From: Candidatus Scalinduaceae bacterium
GTDB lineage: Bacteria; Planctomycetota; Brocadiia; Brocadiales; Scalinduaceae
Direction: 5' to 3'
Assembly (NCBI GenBank): GCA_046759445.1
Contig: JBHICG010000010.1
Coordinates: forward strand, 1-64,000
Length of the DNA: 64,000 nt
Positions 9,788-19,630 of the stretch are shown piece by piece. The notes beneath the pieces were generated by a model that was not told where the DNA came from, ran no database searches, and worked only from the letters and a program-made list of their open reading frames with translations. Both the position numbers and the translations under genes were made by a program. Numbering within the stretch: position 1 is the first letter of the stretch; each line of letters starts with the position of its first letter.

Positions 9788-10612
9788 CTAATTTTCTGTT
9801 ATACATTTTAAAGTCTCTGTATATAACTGCACGGGGAAATACCACTCATAAAGAAATTGTGAATCCCAAAAAACTTTATCATTAACGATCTTCATCTCAC
9901 ATAAAGTTTCCTTCATCTTGTAAGCTTCCAAGAGAGTTTCATATGATCTGTATAATCTAGGTCTACTCTTTATTGTGCAAATGAGAACTGAACCTCTAAA
10001 ATTTGACACCTTAGCCTTTGTAATTAAACAAATTTCTAAGAGTTGCTCATAGACCTGTCGTGTTAGGTAATGACCTTCTATATCGACTAAGCCTTTAGAT
10101 TGCAGCTCCTCAATAATTTTTTCCCGAGATGTTGGAGAGAGTTTGTTGAATAATTTTGACATAACCACTTTTCTGAATAGCTCATCAAGATAATCTTTGC
10201 CATTAATGATGGGAGACCATAAAATGAGCTTTTCTATTCTGTTATCACGTTCAGCTGCCAGGGCTGCAACCGTCCCGCCAAATCTTAGACCTAGCAAACT
10301 TATTTTTTCAATGTTTAGCTGTGTCTTTAAAAGATCAATAGCCTTTATGGTATCAGCAATCTGAGTTTCTACAGTAGCATCTTCGAAGTCTCCTTGACTA
10401 TCCCCATACCCAAAACAGTCGAAGCGTAAGACGTAAAACCCCTTATCACATAGTTCTCTGGCAAACTTGACTAACACTCTATAGCTTTGCTGTTTCTCAT
10501 CACCATAAGGGTGACAAAAAATTATTCCTTTCCTTTCTCTGCTATTTTTTGGATTGTGTAAAATAGCAAATAGTCTTTTGCCTTCATTTTCAAAGTAAAA
10601 TGCCTTTTCCAC
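9788..10612 (-). CDS. Alpha/beta hydrolase-fold protein, exosortase A system-associated hydrolase 2-like (Arg at nucleophile elbow)
   Basis: CHPYGDEK, RFDCFGYGDSQGDF, LLGLRFGG, LILWSPIING. Confidence 0.8.
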   Translation of the reverse strand: MEKAFYFENEGKRLFAILHNPKNSRERKGIIFCHPYGDEKQQSYRVLVKFARELCDKGFYVLRFDCFGYGDSQGDFEDATVETQIADTIKAIDLLKTQLNIEKISLLGLRFGGTVAALAAERDNRIEKLILWSPIINGKDYLDELFRKVVMSKLFNKLSPTSREKIIEELQSKGLVDIEGHYLTRQVYEQLLEICLITKAKVSNFRGSVLICTIKSRPRLYRSYETLLEAYKMKETLCEMKIVNDKVFWDSQFLYEWYFPVQLYTETLKCITEN

Positions 10613-10720
10613 CTGATTCTCTTTATCTTTTCACACTTTTTATAAAAAATATGGAACTTAACTAGTTTATCGGATTATTTCTGAACATTATTAGTAATAT
10701 TTAAGCTCGTGATTGATGTC

Positions 10721-12121
10721 CTAGACTTGAACGTGAAAAGCCGTTGCGGGTAAGAGCTTTGAATCTTTTTCCAATCCTTCCTTCATTTTTCCCATCCGGC
10801 GAGCTACCAGTAGGGCCATCTCGAGAGATTGCTCATAGTTTAGCCGCGGATCCACCTGGGTCTTGTAGGCCTCGGTAAGGTTCTTTTCCGTTATCCCTCT
10901 TATACCACCGATACACTCAGTAACGTTATCCCCAGTAAGCTCAAAATGGACACCGCCTAAATAAGAGCTTTCCTCGTGGTGAATTTCAAAGGCCTGCTCT
11001 AGCTCGCCGAGTATATTCTCGAAGTTACGGGTCTTGATTCCTTCACTGGTAATTTCTGAGTTTCCGTGCATAGGATCACAGCACCACAGTACTACCCTTC
11101 CTGCCTTCTTGACGGCTCGGATCAAAGGTGGTAAGTGATCGATAATCTTATTGACTCCAAAACGATAAATCAGAGTCAGACGCCCTGCTTCATTACGAGG
11201 ATTCAAAATCTCTGTTAACGCTATGAGCTCATCTGGAGTGATAGTGGGCCCTATCTTCACTCCGATAGGGTTCTCTATGCCACGAAAGTACTCAACGTGG
11301 GCACCGTCAAGAGCACGGGTTCGATCACCAATCCAGGGAAAATGTGTGGAGAGGTTGTACCAGCCTGGGCTGTGGGGAACCTGGCGCGTTTGAGCCTGCT
11401 CGTACAAAAGGTGTAGTCCCTCATGGCTGCTGTAAAAGTCTAACCGGTTTATTTCCCCAATGGGGGCGTTTGTAATCGTTTCCATAAATTTAATGGATTC
11501 ACCGATGTTTTTGACTATCCGCTGATATTCTCTTGCCTGGGGAGATTGCTTTACGAATCTCATATTCCAGTACTCGGCATGGTGCAAATCGGCAAATCCT
11601 CCGTCCACGAGAGACCTGATAAAGTTCAACGTTAATGCTGCCCGCTCATACCCTCGAAGGAGTCGTTCTGGTTTAGGAACACGGTCAGCTTCTGTGAATT
11701 TAATGCCGTTAATCATATCTCCCCTATAGCTCGGGAGAGTCACACCATCACGAGTCTCCATGTTAGCAGAGCGTGGCTTCGCATATTGACCAGCGAAACG
11801 CCCCACTCGAATCACCCTCTTCTTGCTTCCATGCATTAGAATGAGACACATCTGAAGAAGAATCTTGAGTGTGCTTGCAATGCGGGAAGACTCACAGTCT
11901 TCAAAGCTTTCCGAGCAATCTCCACCCTGTAGAAGGAAGCTCTTCTCCCTAGTTGCCTCGGCAAGTTGTTTCTTGAGGGCTTTAACTTCCCAGCTTGTTA
12001 CAAGAGGTGGCAACCTGGAAAGTTGTTTTAAGACCTTGTTGAGAACGTCCTTATCCGCGTATGTGGGTTGCTGGACTGATAATTTATTCTGCCAGGATGT
12101 TGGAGACCAATCGTTCTGCAT
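10721..12121 (-). CDS. Class II 3-deoxy-D-arabino-heptulosonate 7-phosphate (DAHP) synthase
   Basis: WSPTSW, LLQGGDCSESF, GRFAGQYAKPRS, LPSYRGD, WIGDRT, CDPMHGN, GGVHFELTG, DPRLN; start taken at MQNDW. Confidence 0.93.
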   Translation of the reverse strand: MQNDWSPTSWQNKLSVQQPTYADKDVLNKVLKQLSRLPPLVTSWEVKALKKQLAEATREKSFLLQGGDCSESFEDCESSRIASTLKILLQMCLILMHGSKKRVIRVGRFAGQYAKPRSANMETRDGVTLPSYRGDMINGIKFTEADRVPKPERLLRGYERAALTLNFIRSLVDGGFADLHHAEYWNMRFVKQSPQAREYQRIVKNIGESIKFMETITNAPIGEINRLDFYSSHEGLHLLYEQAQTRQVPHSPGWYNLSTHFPWIGDRTRALDGAHVEYFRGIENPIGVKIGPTITPDELIALTEILNPRNEAGRLTLIYRFGVNKIIDHLPPLIRAVKKAGRVVLWCCDPMHGNSEITSEGIKTRNFENILGELEQAFEIHHEESSYLGGVHFELTGDNVTECIGGIRGITEKNLTEAYKTQVDPRLNYEQSLEMALLVARRMGKMKEGLEKDSKLLPATAFHVQV

Positions 12122-12421
12122 GTAAATATGTTTTGTTTTTTTTATCAATATAATAAAATATCTTTAAGAATTGTTTTACAAATAATATGCCGTAACAAAT
12201 CTTATCGGGGTGTATAAAAACAGATGGAGGTGCATTGCTTATTTTAAGCATATTGCTAAGTTCTGTTCCGTTCCATGAAACATGATTAGGCAATAAAGAT
12301 GCTAAACTCTTCTTCAAATTTCCATCTACCAGTTTATGAAAACCAACGAAACCAATCTCCCCTCCCAACAAGTAGTGTACTTCTTAATATTTTCCTAACA
12401 TTTACGCATAGATATAGTCTC

Positions 12422-13756
12422 TCAATAATCACATGACTTTCCACCAATGTCAGGAAATTCTAAATATGTTCTAGGTATTGAAATGCTGGTTTTACCTTTT
12501 TCATCAGGTTGATTGATCTGAATTTTAGCAATTTTGTTTCCATCAAGACGAATAATAGTCTTTTCGGGATGGTTTGTATAAAAGGTTATACCTTGTAATT
12601 GTTCTAAAGTCGGAACAAAGTTTCCATCAACCTCATCTTTGACATAGAGAATGTCGATCACAAAAATGTCATCTTTACAGGTAACTCGCCAAACTAAATT
12701 TTTGTTCACTAAATGAGAGGTTAGTAATCTGGTAGTTGTAGTCACATAAATATCCCCCTTATAGTACCGATCTGCCAGATCTCTTAATACCCTTTTAGAG
12801 CCGTCAGGAATAATGTCTGTACATCCATTACTCTTACGTCCCATGTGTACATAGACTATTGAGCTTCCACTTATTTTTATAAGTTTCTTTAACTTATCTG
12901 GAGCTAATGTCGCTTCTAAAGAAGCTGCATCATCATTAAACCAATCACCATAGCGCTGAAAACAATAAACCTTATCACCACTGGTAAACGTCTTTACGAA
13001 AATCAGAGGATTTTTAAATAAAATTTCCAGTTGTTTCCTTTTCTTCGAAAGAAATGACTCTCTTGCAAGAAAGCGCTGTGGTACATAATTGAACACGAAA
13101 TACAACAGGTAATTGGGGATAAGCCATTTGCGGTTCGAACTATCTGAAATGAGTTCCCACCATCCTATTTTTCTATTCTGACCAAGCACAGATGTGACAA
13201 CCATTGGCCAATAGAAACGTATCCCAAATTTCTTGCTCAAATCGGTGTGATATTCTACAATTTTTGTTGCAACACCATCTCCAATAGATCGCTCCTTCAT
13301 ACCACCGAGGTAGTTGATATTTTGGAAATTATGCATGTCACCATGGTCTGTCCAAGTCTGAACTCGCATCTCTTTACTTTCCAGCTCAACAATAGCTCTT
13401 TCTGCATAATCTCTATGAAATCCCCCATACTGATTAAAGTTGCCATAGGTATGTAAACAGTCCAAGTACCCTGCTTTGACTAACCTTCTAATGGCTTCAG
13501 CATAGGGTGTTTGTTCATTGCTCAATCCATTGAAGTAGGTAAACGCATCACTTACGTCTGAGTTAACAGAATACATCCAAAATGAATCCCCAATCTCTAA
13601 TCCTAAACCCTGTCCCAAAGAGGTTTCTTCATTCGTGTTGAGAAAGCGGTGGATTTCAATAAATTCTTCGAATGAGTAGCCGTCAAGATCATTGCAAAGC
13701 GTAAGTGCTGCCTTAAATGGATATGGGAACTTCCTTAAAGAAATATTACATTTCAC
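12422..13756 (-). CDS. Hypothetical protein, possibly a divergent polysaccharide deacetylase-like metalloenzyme
   Basis: LRKFPYPFKAALTLCNDLD, LDCLHTYG, WTDHG, YVHMG; GTG start at 13756 with GGAG RBS overlapping the asnB end. Confidence 0.55.
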   Translation of the reverse strand: MKCNISLRKFPYPFKAALTLCNDLDGYSFEEFIEIHRFLNTNEETSLGQGLGLEIGDSFWMYSVNSDVSDAFTYFNGLSNEQTPYAEAIRRLVKAGYLDCLHTYGNFNQYGGFHRDYAERAIVELESKEMRVQTWTDHGDMHNFQNINYLGGMKERSIGDGVATKIVEYHTDLSKKFGIRFYWPMVVTSVLGQNRKIGWWELISDSSNRKWLIPNYLLYFVFNYVPQRFLARESFLSKKRKQLEILFKNPLIFVKTFTSGDKVYCFQRYGDWFNDDAASLEATLAPDKLKKLIKISGSSIVYVHMGRKSNGCTDIIPDGSKRVLRDLADRYYKGDIYVTTTTRLLTSHLVNKNLVWRVTCKDDIFVIDILYVKDEVDGNFVPTLEQLQGITFYTNHPEKTIIRLDGNKIAKIQINQPDEKGKTSISIPRTYLEFPDIGGKSCDY

Positions 13757-15683
13757 AACTAATCTCCATTTTGTTTGTCTGTCTACTATCAACAGGTTTG
13801 TCCTCAAACATCGGTACCCAATTATCCTTATCCAAAAAGATTCGGTGCCAGATTTCCACATTTAGCATCTGCCATAGTAAGTGCTGTCTGTTTCTTCGCC
13901 CTTCAACATGCTGATACACGCATCTTCTAACTATATCTGGATTGAATACTCCCCTGTCTAAACATTTTTCATCAAGTAATATTTTTTGTAGAAAATCCTT
14001 TAATCCATCTTTAAACCATTTTGCAATAGGCGTTGGAAACCCCATTTTCGGTTGCCCGTAAACCTCACTCGGCAGTTTTTCCCGCATAGCCTCTTTGACA
14101 ATATGCTTTAATTCGTAATTTTTTAATTTCTCTTCAAATGGAATGGAAAGCGCAAAGTCGACCATTTCGTTGTCACAGATCGGTAACCGCGCCTCTATGG
14201 AGTGTGCCATACCTACTTTATCTTCTACAATAAACAGAGCAGGTAAATATGTCTTTAAGTATAAGTATTGAACACGATCTAAAATACTCTCTGGCGCTTG
14301 GCCAAGAAGTGAATATAATGTATCCATAGGATCATAATCAGCCATTTCTTTTTGCAATTCATATCCCAATATCGACTTCCATTTCTTGTGATTAAGACTC
14401 AAATTCATTCCTAAACCCATTTCTGGCCGTATGAGTGGAATTAAAATGTTCACGATGGCGGCTTTCCACTCCCCTGGCTTCAAATTTTGTAACAGTGTTA
14501 TTAAGCGCAAAGGGTTGCTGTGAATCAAAGAACTAAAGTAGTGCATCTTGTAAAGCGGATACCCACAAAACAATTCGTCACCGCCATGTCCTGTCAGGAC
14601 GACTTTGACGTGCCTTGAAACAAGACGAGAAACATGGTATTGGGGAAAAACACCTGAGCCTACCCTTGGCTCATCAAGGTGAAAGATTATATCAAATATA
14701 CTCGCTTCGAAATCCGACTCACTGATATTAATATGATAATTCTTGGCACCAATATTTTCTGCAACAGCCTTAGCAGCGACCCGTTCATCAAATGCCTGGC
14801 CTTCTTCAAAATAACCTGTAAATGTGTCTAATAACCCACCATTTAATTCAGCAGCATATGTTGCAACAGAGGAGGAATCAAATCCCCCGGAGAGATATGC
14901 CCCGAGTGGCACATCACTCATCAAATGTCGTTTAACCGACGCCTTTAAAATAGCGCGGAATGTTTGTATATAGTCTTGATGGTCCAGAAACAGTTTCTTT
15001 TTAAATGAGGGCTGCCAATAGCAACCCATTTCCAGTTGTCCCTCACTAATGGTTAAGGTGTGCCCCGGGAGCAGTTTCTTGATCGAATCGAAAAAGGTCT
15101 TATCATCCAACAAATTCTGAAAGACCAGATAATCGCTTAAAGAGGCTGGGTTTAATCTCCTTTTCGCTCGGGCGTTAACCAATATGGCCTTGATCTCCGA
15201 GGCAAAAGTCAGCCGTTGTCTATCATGGTCCCAATGGTAGTAAAGTGGCTTAATTCCTAACCGATCTCTTGCAAGGAAGATAGTTTGAGTGTTCTGCTCC
15301 CAGATAGCAAACGCAAACATGCCATTGAATTTCTTTACACAATCGATACCATATTCTTCATAACTATGTAAGATCACCTCTGTATCTGTCTTTGTGCTAA
15401 ATCGGTGTCCTTTTGTTAAAAGGTCTGTGCGTAGATCCTTGTAATTATAAAGTTCGCCATTATAAACAATAACACATGAGCCATCTTCGTTGTATATAGG
15501 CTGTTGACCCGTGAATAGATCAATGATGCTGAGTCTTTTGTGGCCAAGGGCGACTCCAGGCTTTTCAAAATAACCCTCATCATCAGGTCCTCTATGGTGA
15601 AGCAATGCATTCATTTGTTTTACTTCATCCAATAAAGACCCTTTTTTGAAATTTGGATCATAAATCCCACATATACCGCACAT
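13746..15683 (-). CDS. asnB: Asparagine synthase-like glutamine amidotransferase, paralog 2
   Basis: MCGICG at 15683, HRGPD, RLSIIDL, YLSGGFDSS, GHGGDELF, KMGFPTP. Confidence 0.92.
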   Translation of the reverse strand: MCGICGIYDPNFKKGSLLDEVKQMNALLHHRGPDDEGYFEKPGVALGHKRLSIIDLFTGQQPIYNEDGSCVIVYNGELYNYKDLRTDLLTKGHRFSTKTDTEVILHSYEEYGIDCVKKFNGMFAFAIWEQNTQTIFLARDRLGIKPLYYHWDHDRQRLTFASEIKAILVNARAKRRLNPASLSDYLVFQNLLDDKTFFDSIKKLLPGHTLTISEGQLEMGCYWQPSFKKKLFLDHQDYIQTFRAILKASVKRHLMSDVPLGAYLSGGFDSSSVATYAAELNGGLLDTFTGYFEEGQAFDERVAAKAVAENIGAKNYHINISESDFEASIFDIIFHLDEPRVGSGVFPQYHVSRLVSRHVKVVLTGHGGDELFCGYPLYKMHYFSSLIHSNPLRLITLLQNLKPGEWKAAIVNILIPLIRPEMGLGMNLSLNHKKWKSILGYELQKEMADYDPMDTLYSLLGQAPESILDRVQYLYLKTYLPALFIVEDKVGMAHSIEARLPICDNEMVDFALSIPFEEKLKNYELKHIVKEAMREKLPSEVYGQPKMGFPTPIAKWFKDGLKDFLQKILLDEKCLDRGVFNPDIVRRCVYQHVEGRRNRQHLLWQMLNVEIWHRIFLDKDNWVPMFEDKPVDSRQTNKMEISCEM

Positions 15684-15687
15684 AGAC

Positions 15688-16926
15688 TCAATTATGTTTA
15701 TTATTGTAAGAAGAGATAACTTCCTGATAAATCTCAATCAATCTTTTTGCATTCTCAGACCAGGATGCATGAGAGCGCAAAAATTGCAATGCCGTATTTC
15801 CCATCCTTTGACGCATTTCTTTGTCTTCAATTAGCACATTCACTGCCTGGATAATCCCTGCAATATCTTTCTTCTTCACCAGAAAACCAGTTTTACCATT
15901 CCTGATAATCTCTGGAATCCCTCCTACTGCTGTCGCAACCACTGGTTTCGCACAGGCCATGGTTTCTAAAACTGCATTGGGAACACCCTCATAATGGCTA
16001 GGGAATATCATGATGTCCCCGGCTTTAACCCATTGCGAAACCTCTTCATGGGGTACAAAGCCTGTCAAATGAACTGCATCTTTTAATCCTAGTTCATCAA
16101 TACGTTCATAAAAAACTTTTTCATCCTTTCCACTACCAATCATTAAAAGATGAATCTTATCCGCCCAACGCTTTCTAAGATGACCGTATACTTCCAAGAG
16201 TTCAAAGATTCCTTTATTTTCCTCTAACGCCCCCAACAGAAATAGAATAATCTTTTCTTGTGGCAACCCAAGTTTTTCACGCAATATTATCTTTTCTATA
16301 TCGTCTGCAGGCTGAAACCGTTCAAGATCACAACCATTGTAAACCACACTAATCTCTGATGCAACTCGAGGCTCCAATTCGCCAGCGACACTGGCGAGAT
16401 CTGCACTGACAGTCACTAATTTGTCACACTCCCTTAACACCTTGCGCGTGGCTATCATGGAAAATTTGCCGTAGAATGGATAGACGTTTAGATCTCCTCT
16501 AGAGACACAGAGACATGGAACCCTAAATTCCCTTGCCAACCATAAAGCTGCAAAACCATCGGGAACAATGGTATTGGCATGTATTATTTGAAAAGGAAAC
16601 TTTTTATATATTTGTCTTACAAGTCTAGCTATACCTGTAAATAAGGCAATGCCTGACCAACTAAAATTTATGTTTCCAGGTAATTCCAGGTGAGGAGGAT
16701 AATATACATTCACACCATCGTAAATAGAAACTAATGGAGTCAATCCGTACATTTTCCATTTTTTTTTAAACCATAATACTCTTGGTGCCCATGGGATTGA
16801 TGAAATCACTTTTATATCGGCCCCTTCTTTCAATAAGTATTTTACTTGCAAATGAGCAAAGATACCTGATGTTTTAACGTACGGTTTAGGATAAAGGGTG
16901 GATAATATCAAAACCTTAATCGTCAT
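15688..16926 (-). CDS. Glycosyltransferase family 4 (TuaC-like)
   Basis: VLILSTLYP, VVYNGCD, FPSHYEGVPNAVLETMACAKPVV. Confidence 0.88.
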   Translation of the reverse strand: MTIKVLILSTLYPKPYVKTSGIFAHLQVKYLLKEGADIKVISSIPWAPRVLWFKKKWKMYGLTPLVSIYDGVNVYYPPHLELPGNINFSWSGIALFTGIARLVRQIYKKFPFQIIHANTIVPDGFAALWLAREFRVPCLCVSRGDLNVYPFYGKFSMIATRKVLRECDKLVTVSADLASVAGELEPRVASEISVVYNGCDLERFQPADDIEKIILREKLGLPQEKIILFLLGALEENKGIFELLEVYGHLRKRWADKIHLLMIGSGKDEKVFYERIDELGLKDAVHLTGFVPHEEVSQWVKAGDIMIFPSHYEGVPNAVLETMACAKPVVATAVGGIPEIIRNGKTGFLVKKKDIAGIIQAVNVLIEDKEMRQRMGNTALQFLRSHASWSENAKRLIEIYQEVISSYNNKHN

Positions 16927-16996
16927 AACAACTCGGAATTTCTATCATTCCTTTGTTCTTTGTTCCATTTGCATAGTTAAAAGCAATACTCAGCTC

Positions 16997-18181
16997 TTAC
17001 TGTTTCGTACCTATAACCCCTACACCAATCTCAGGCTTTATTTTAAGGTCTATTGCCTTTGCATCGGATAAATTTAATTTTTTATACCAATCCACGACCT
17101 CTTTAGTTGTATGGGTGTAGCGATATTTGGGAGAAAAAGTATCAAATAAAACAAGGGCTTCTTCTCTTCTAGTAAAATCCGCCTTAACCCACCTCCCTTT
17201 TAGTAACCAGATCATCTTACGTATAACCAAGAAAAAAGGTACAAGACTATAAACGAGTCGGTAGAGCTCTTCCAAATACATGCGAGTTGTTACTGTCCTA
17301 ATAATCTCAAGAGGAATTTCAATAATCTGAGATCTTTTCTTATATAGTAAGATGTAATATTTTCCACCTTTTTTTAAGATGGGAATTAGGCTCTTAAATG
17401 CTTTGTAAGTATCTGGTGTATGATGAAGAACACCTGAGGAATATATATGATCAAAAAAATCATGCCTGAAAGGTGGATAAAAAACATTACCTTGTACAAA
17501 ATGGACAAGTGGGGATTGTTTCCCTGCAAAGGTATGTTTTTTTTCAATAGCTCTAATTGGACTTGTACTTTGATCCATTCCAAACATCTCCTGACCGTAG
17601 GTACTCACTGCACACGTAAACTTCCCATTCCCACATCCTCCGTCTAAAATCTTCTTACCTCTTAGTTCATCAGCGGATAATTGAAATTCGTGCAAGAAAT
17701 GATCAACCCTATCCTTTACTTCCAAACCCCAGGTACGGTCCTCATATTCAAACTGTTGCCATTGAATGCTAAAACTCTGCTCTGTTCTTTTAAAATATGC
17801 TATTTTCCCCTCAACCTCACTTTTAGATTCATTTTCGTAATCATTTAAAAATTTAATAAGCTTTTCATGATAACGTAATCTAAATGCATGATTAGAATTA
17901 AAGGAATCAAGTAAGAGTCTTGGTAGCCTTTGAAATACCGGATATTTTTGCCCACATTCACATAATAACAACCCATCAATAATTTCTACCTTAAAACACT
18001 CATCACAATCTGATGCTGAAATATTAACAGGGCTACTGTTTTTATAGTTGCAGTAGTTTATACATTTCACACTTGAGATTAGGCCGTTTGCTACTTTTTC
18101 TTTTTCTGACGTAAAAACTATTAGTTGTAAATTTCCTCTACATTTTGGACAAACTAAGGCATCCATTAATCTATGTTTCAT
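16997..18181 (-). CDS. SAM-dependent methyltransferase with N-terminal Trm112-like Zn-ribbon
   Basis: LVCPKCRGNL...LLCECGQKYPV; ILDGGCGNG; GVLHHTPD. Confidence 0.85.
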   Translation of the reverse strand: MKHRLMDALVCPKCRGNLQLIVFTSEKEKVANGLISSVKCINYCNYKNSSPVNISASDCDECFKVEIIDGLLLCECGQKYPVFQRLPRLLLDSFNSNHAFRLRYHEKLIKFLNDYENESKSEVEGKIAYFKRTEQSFSIQWQQFEYEDRTWGLEVKDRVDHFLHEFQLSADELRGKKILDGGCGNGKFTCAVSTYGQEMFGMDQSTSPIRAIEKKHTFAGKQSPLVHFVQGNVFYPPFRHDFFDHIYSSGVLHHTPDTYKAFKSLIPILKKGGKYYILLYKKRSQIIEIPLEIIRTVTTRMYLEELYRLVYSLVPFFLVIRKMIWLLKGRWVKADFTRREEALVLFDTFSPKYRYTHTTKEVVDWYKKLNLSDAKAIDLKIKPEIGVGVIGTKQ

Positions 18182-18385
18182 ATGCCCCCCCCGTTACACA
18201 ATATTTAATATATCTAATTTGAACGTTAAGCCTTAAAATAGTCTAAATTATTCGAGTTGTCGATCCTACCTATTTTAGTCTTCCTTGATTTTATTAAATT
18301 ATATATTGGTTACATAAATACTCGTAAAATCACAGATATTTATATTTTGATTTCTACAGACTATTAATAGTACTGATCTCATCTT

Positions 18386-19486
18386 CTAAACAATAATCCA
18401 TACAATAAGAGCCAAAATCATTGTTACTACTACGCCTAATACGATGGCAATGAGAGAATTGGCTCTCCCGCGTAAAGGATAACGGCAAGCCCTTAAACAA
18501 GTACGAAATATCCCTGAGGTTGGAATTGTAGCTAAACCAGGTAAAAGGTTTTTGTCAGAAGTTATCTTTTGATAGTATTCTTCTATTCCTATTACTTCAA
18601 ATCCGTCTTGTTCATTAATGTATCGAAGAAGTTCTTCAAATTTTTTTAGATCGTGATAGTTGGGTTTAAAGTTCTTCCGATCTTTCCCAAAATGGACAAA
18701 ACTAAAACTATGCATCAATAGATTAACAAAAGGAAGACCAGATTTTTTCGCACTGTTTAATACAAACTTCAACTCAGCCAAACTGTTTGTATTAATATCG
18801 AAAGCTCTCTTTGGTTTAATATTGCCAATTTTGAATTGATTGAATACAGTAACTGGAATTTCCAATACCCCATTAAATTCACTTACACCGTTGAGTTTGA
18901 ACTTTGAAGGGTTAAGCCTGGAATATCGGCCAAAAAGAAAGGTACTATCTACCTTGATATCATTTTCTCTTAGAGCATGTATTGTTTCCTCATTCGCCCC
19001 AAATCCCCCTGCCCGATGCGCTAGCGGATATCGTCCTATACATTTATAAATAACCTCCTTACCCTCCCTTATCAATTCTATCTGTTTTTCAAGGGGGTAT
19101 CCCCACATGAAACGGTGGTCGTAATTCCAATTGGGGTGAGTGTGAAGTTGAACCTCATGTCCACGTTGATTAATTTCTTTGCAGACCCTCTTAATCGGTT
19201 CTAAACCCATTCGTCTATATTCATATACACTTACGAAAAAAGTCATAGTCGCATTAATTCTATCCGCTAGGTCCATCATCCTATGGATACCATACTCGCT
19301 ACCATTGATACGGCAGTAAACCATCTGCTCAAGAGAAATAATTCGGCCTTGATGAATATCTGCCTCTGTGTCCACCGTAAGCAGCACGTAGGTTTTTGAT
19401 TCAGATTGCTTTTCTCTGCTTACTTTTTTCACGTCTAATTTTAAACTAAAAGTTTTTAAGGTTTTGTTACCTCTCCATAAATGCAT
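18386..19486 (-). CDS. Polysaccharide deacetylase family protein
   Basis: LLTVDTE, TFFV, GHEVQLHTHP, HRAGGF, EIPVT, LMHSFSF; C-terminal TM segment. Confidence 0.8.
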   Translation of the reverse strand: MHLWRGNKTLKTFSLKLDVKKVSREKQSESKTYVLLTVDTEADIHQGRIISLEQMVYCRINGSEYGIHRMMDLADRINATMTFFVSVYEYRRMGLEPIKRVCKEINQRGHEVQLHTHPNWNYDHRFMWGYPLEKQIELIREGKEVIYKCIGRYPLAHRAGGFGANEETIHALRENDIKVDSTFLFGRYSRLNPSKFKLNGVSEFNGVLEIPVTVFNQFKIGNIKPKRAFDINTNSLAELKFVLNSAKKSGLPFVNLLMHSFSFVHFGKDRKNFKPNYHDLKKFEELLRYINEQDGFEVIGIEEYYQKITSDKNLLPGLATIPTSGIFRTCLRACRYPLRGRANSLIAIVLGVVVTMILALIVWIIV

Positions 19487-19630
19487 TCTCAGTGTTACAT
19501 GCCATTTTCTAGATCATTAACTAAAACGAACGTATAGAATTAGGTATCAATCATCCATATAATTTTGAGCGAATGAAACTAAGTTCTTTGTGTTTATCTT
19601 TAATACCATTTTCTATAGATTCACATTAAA

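Noticed and set aside
6280..12121. Aryl polyene/xanthomonadin, phenazine, siderophore or ubiquinone cluster
   Set aside because: No ketosynthase, PhzD/E, isochorismate synthase, NRPS or UbiA in the window; all neighbours are glycan genes
12084..12390. 95-aa minus ORF with faint cupin-like look (EVHYLLGGE...)
   Set aside because: No convincing start or RBS, overlaps the DAHP synthase start, motif too weak; at most a remnant
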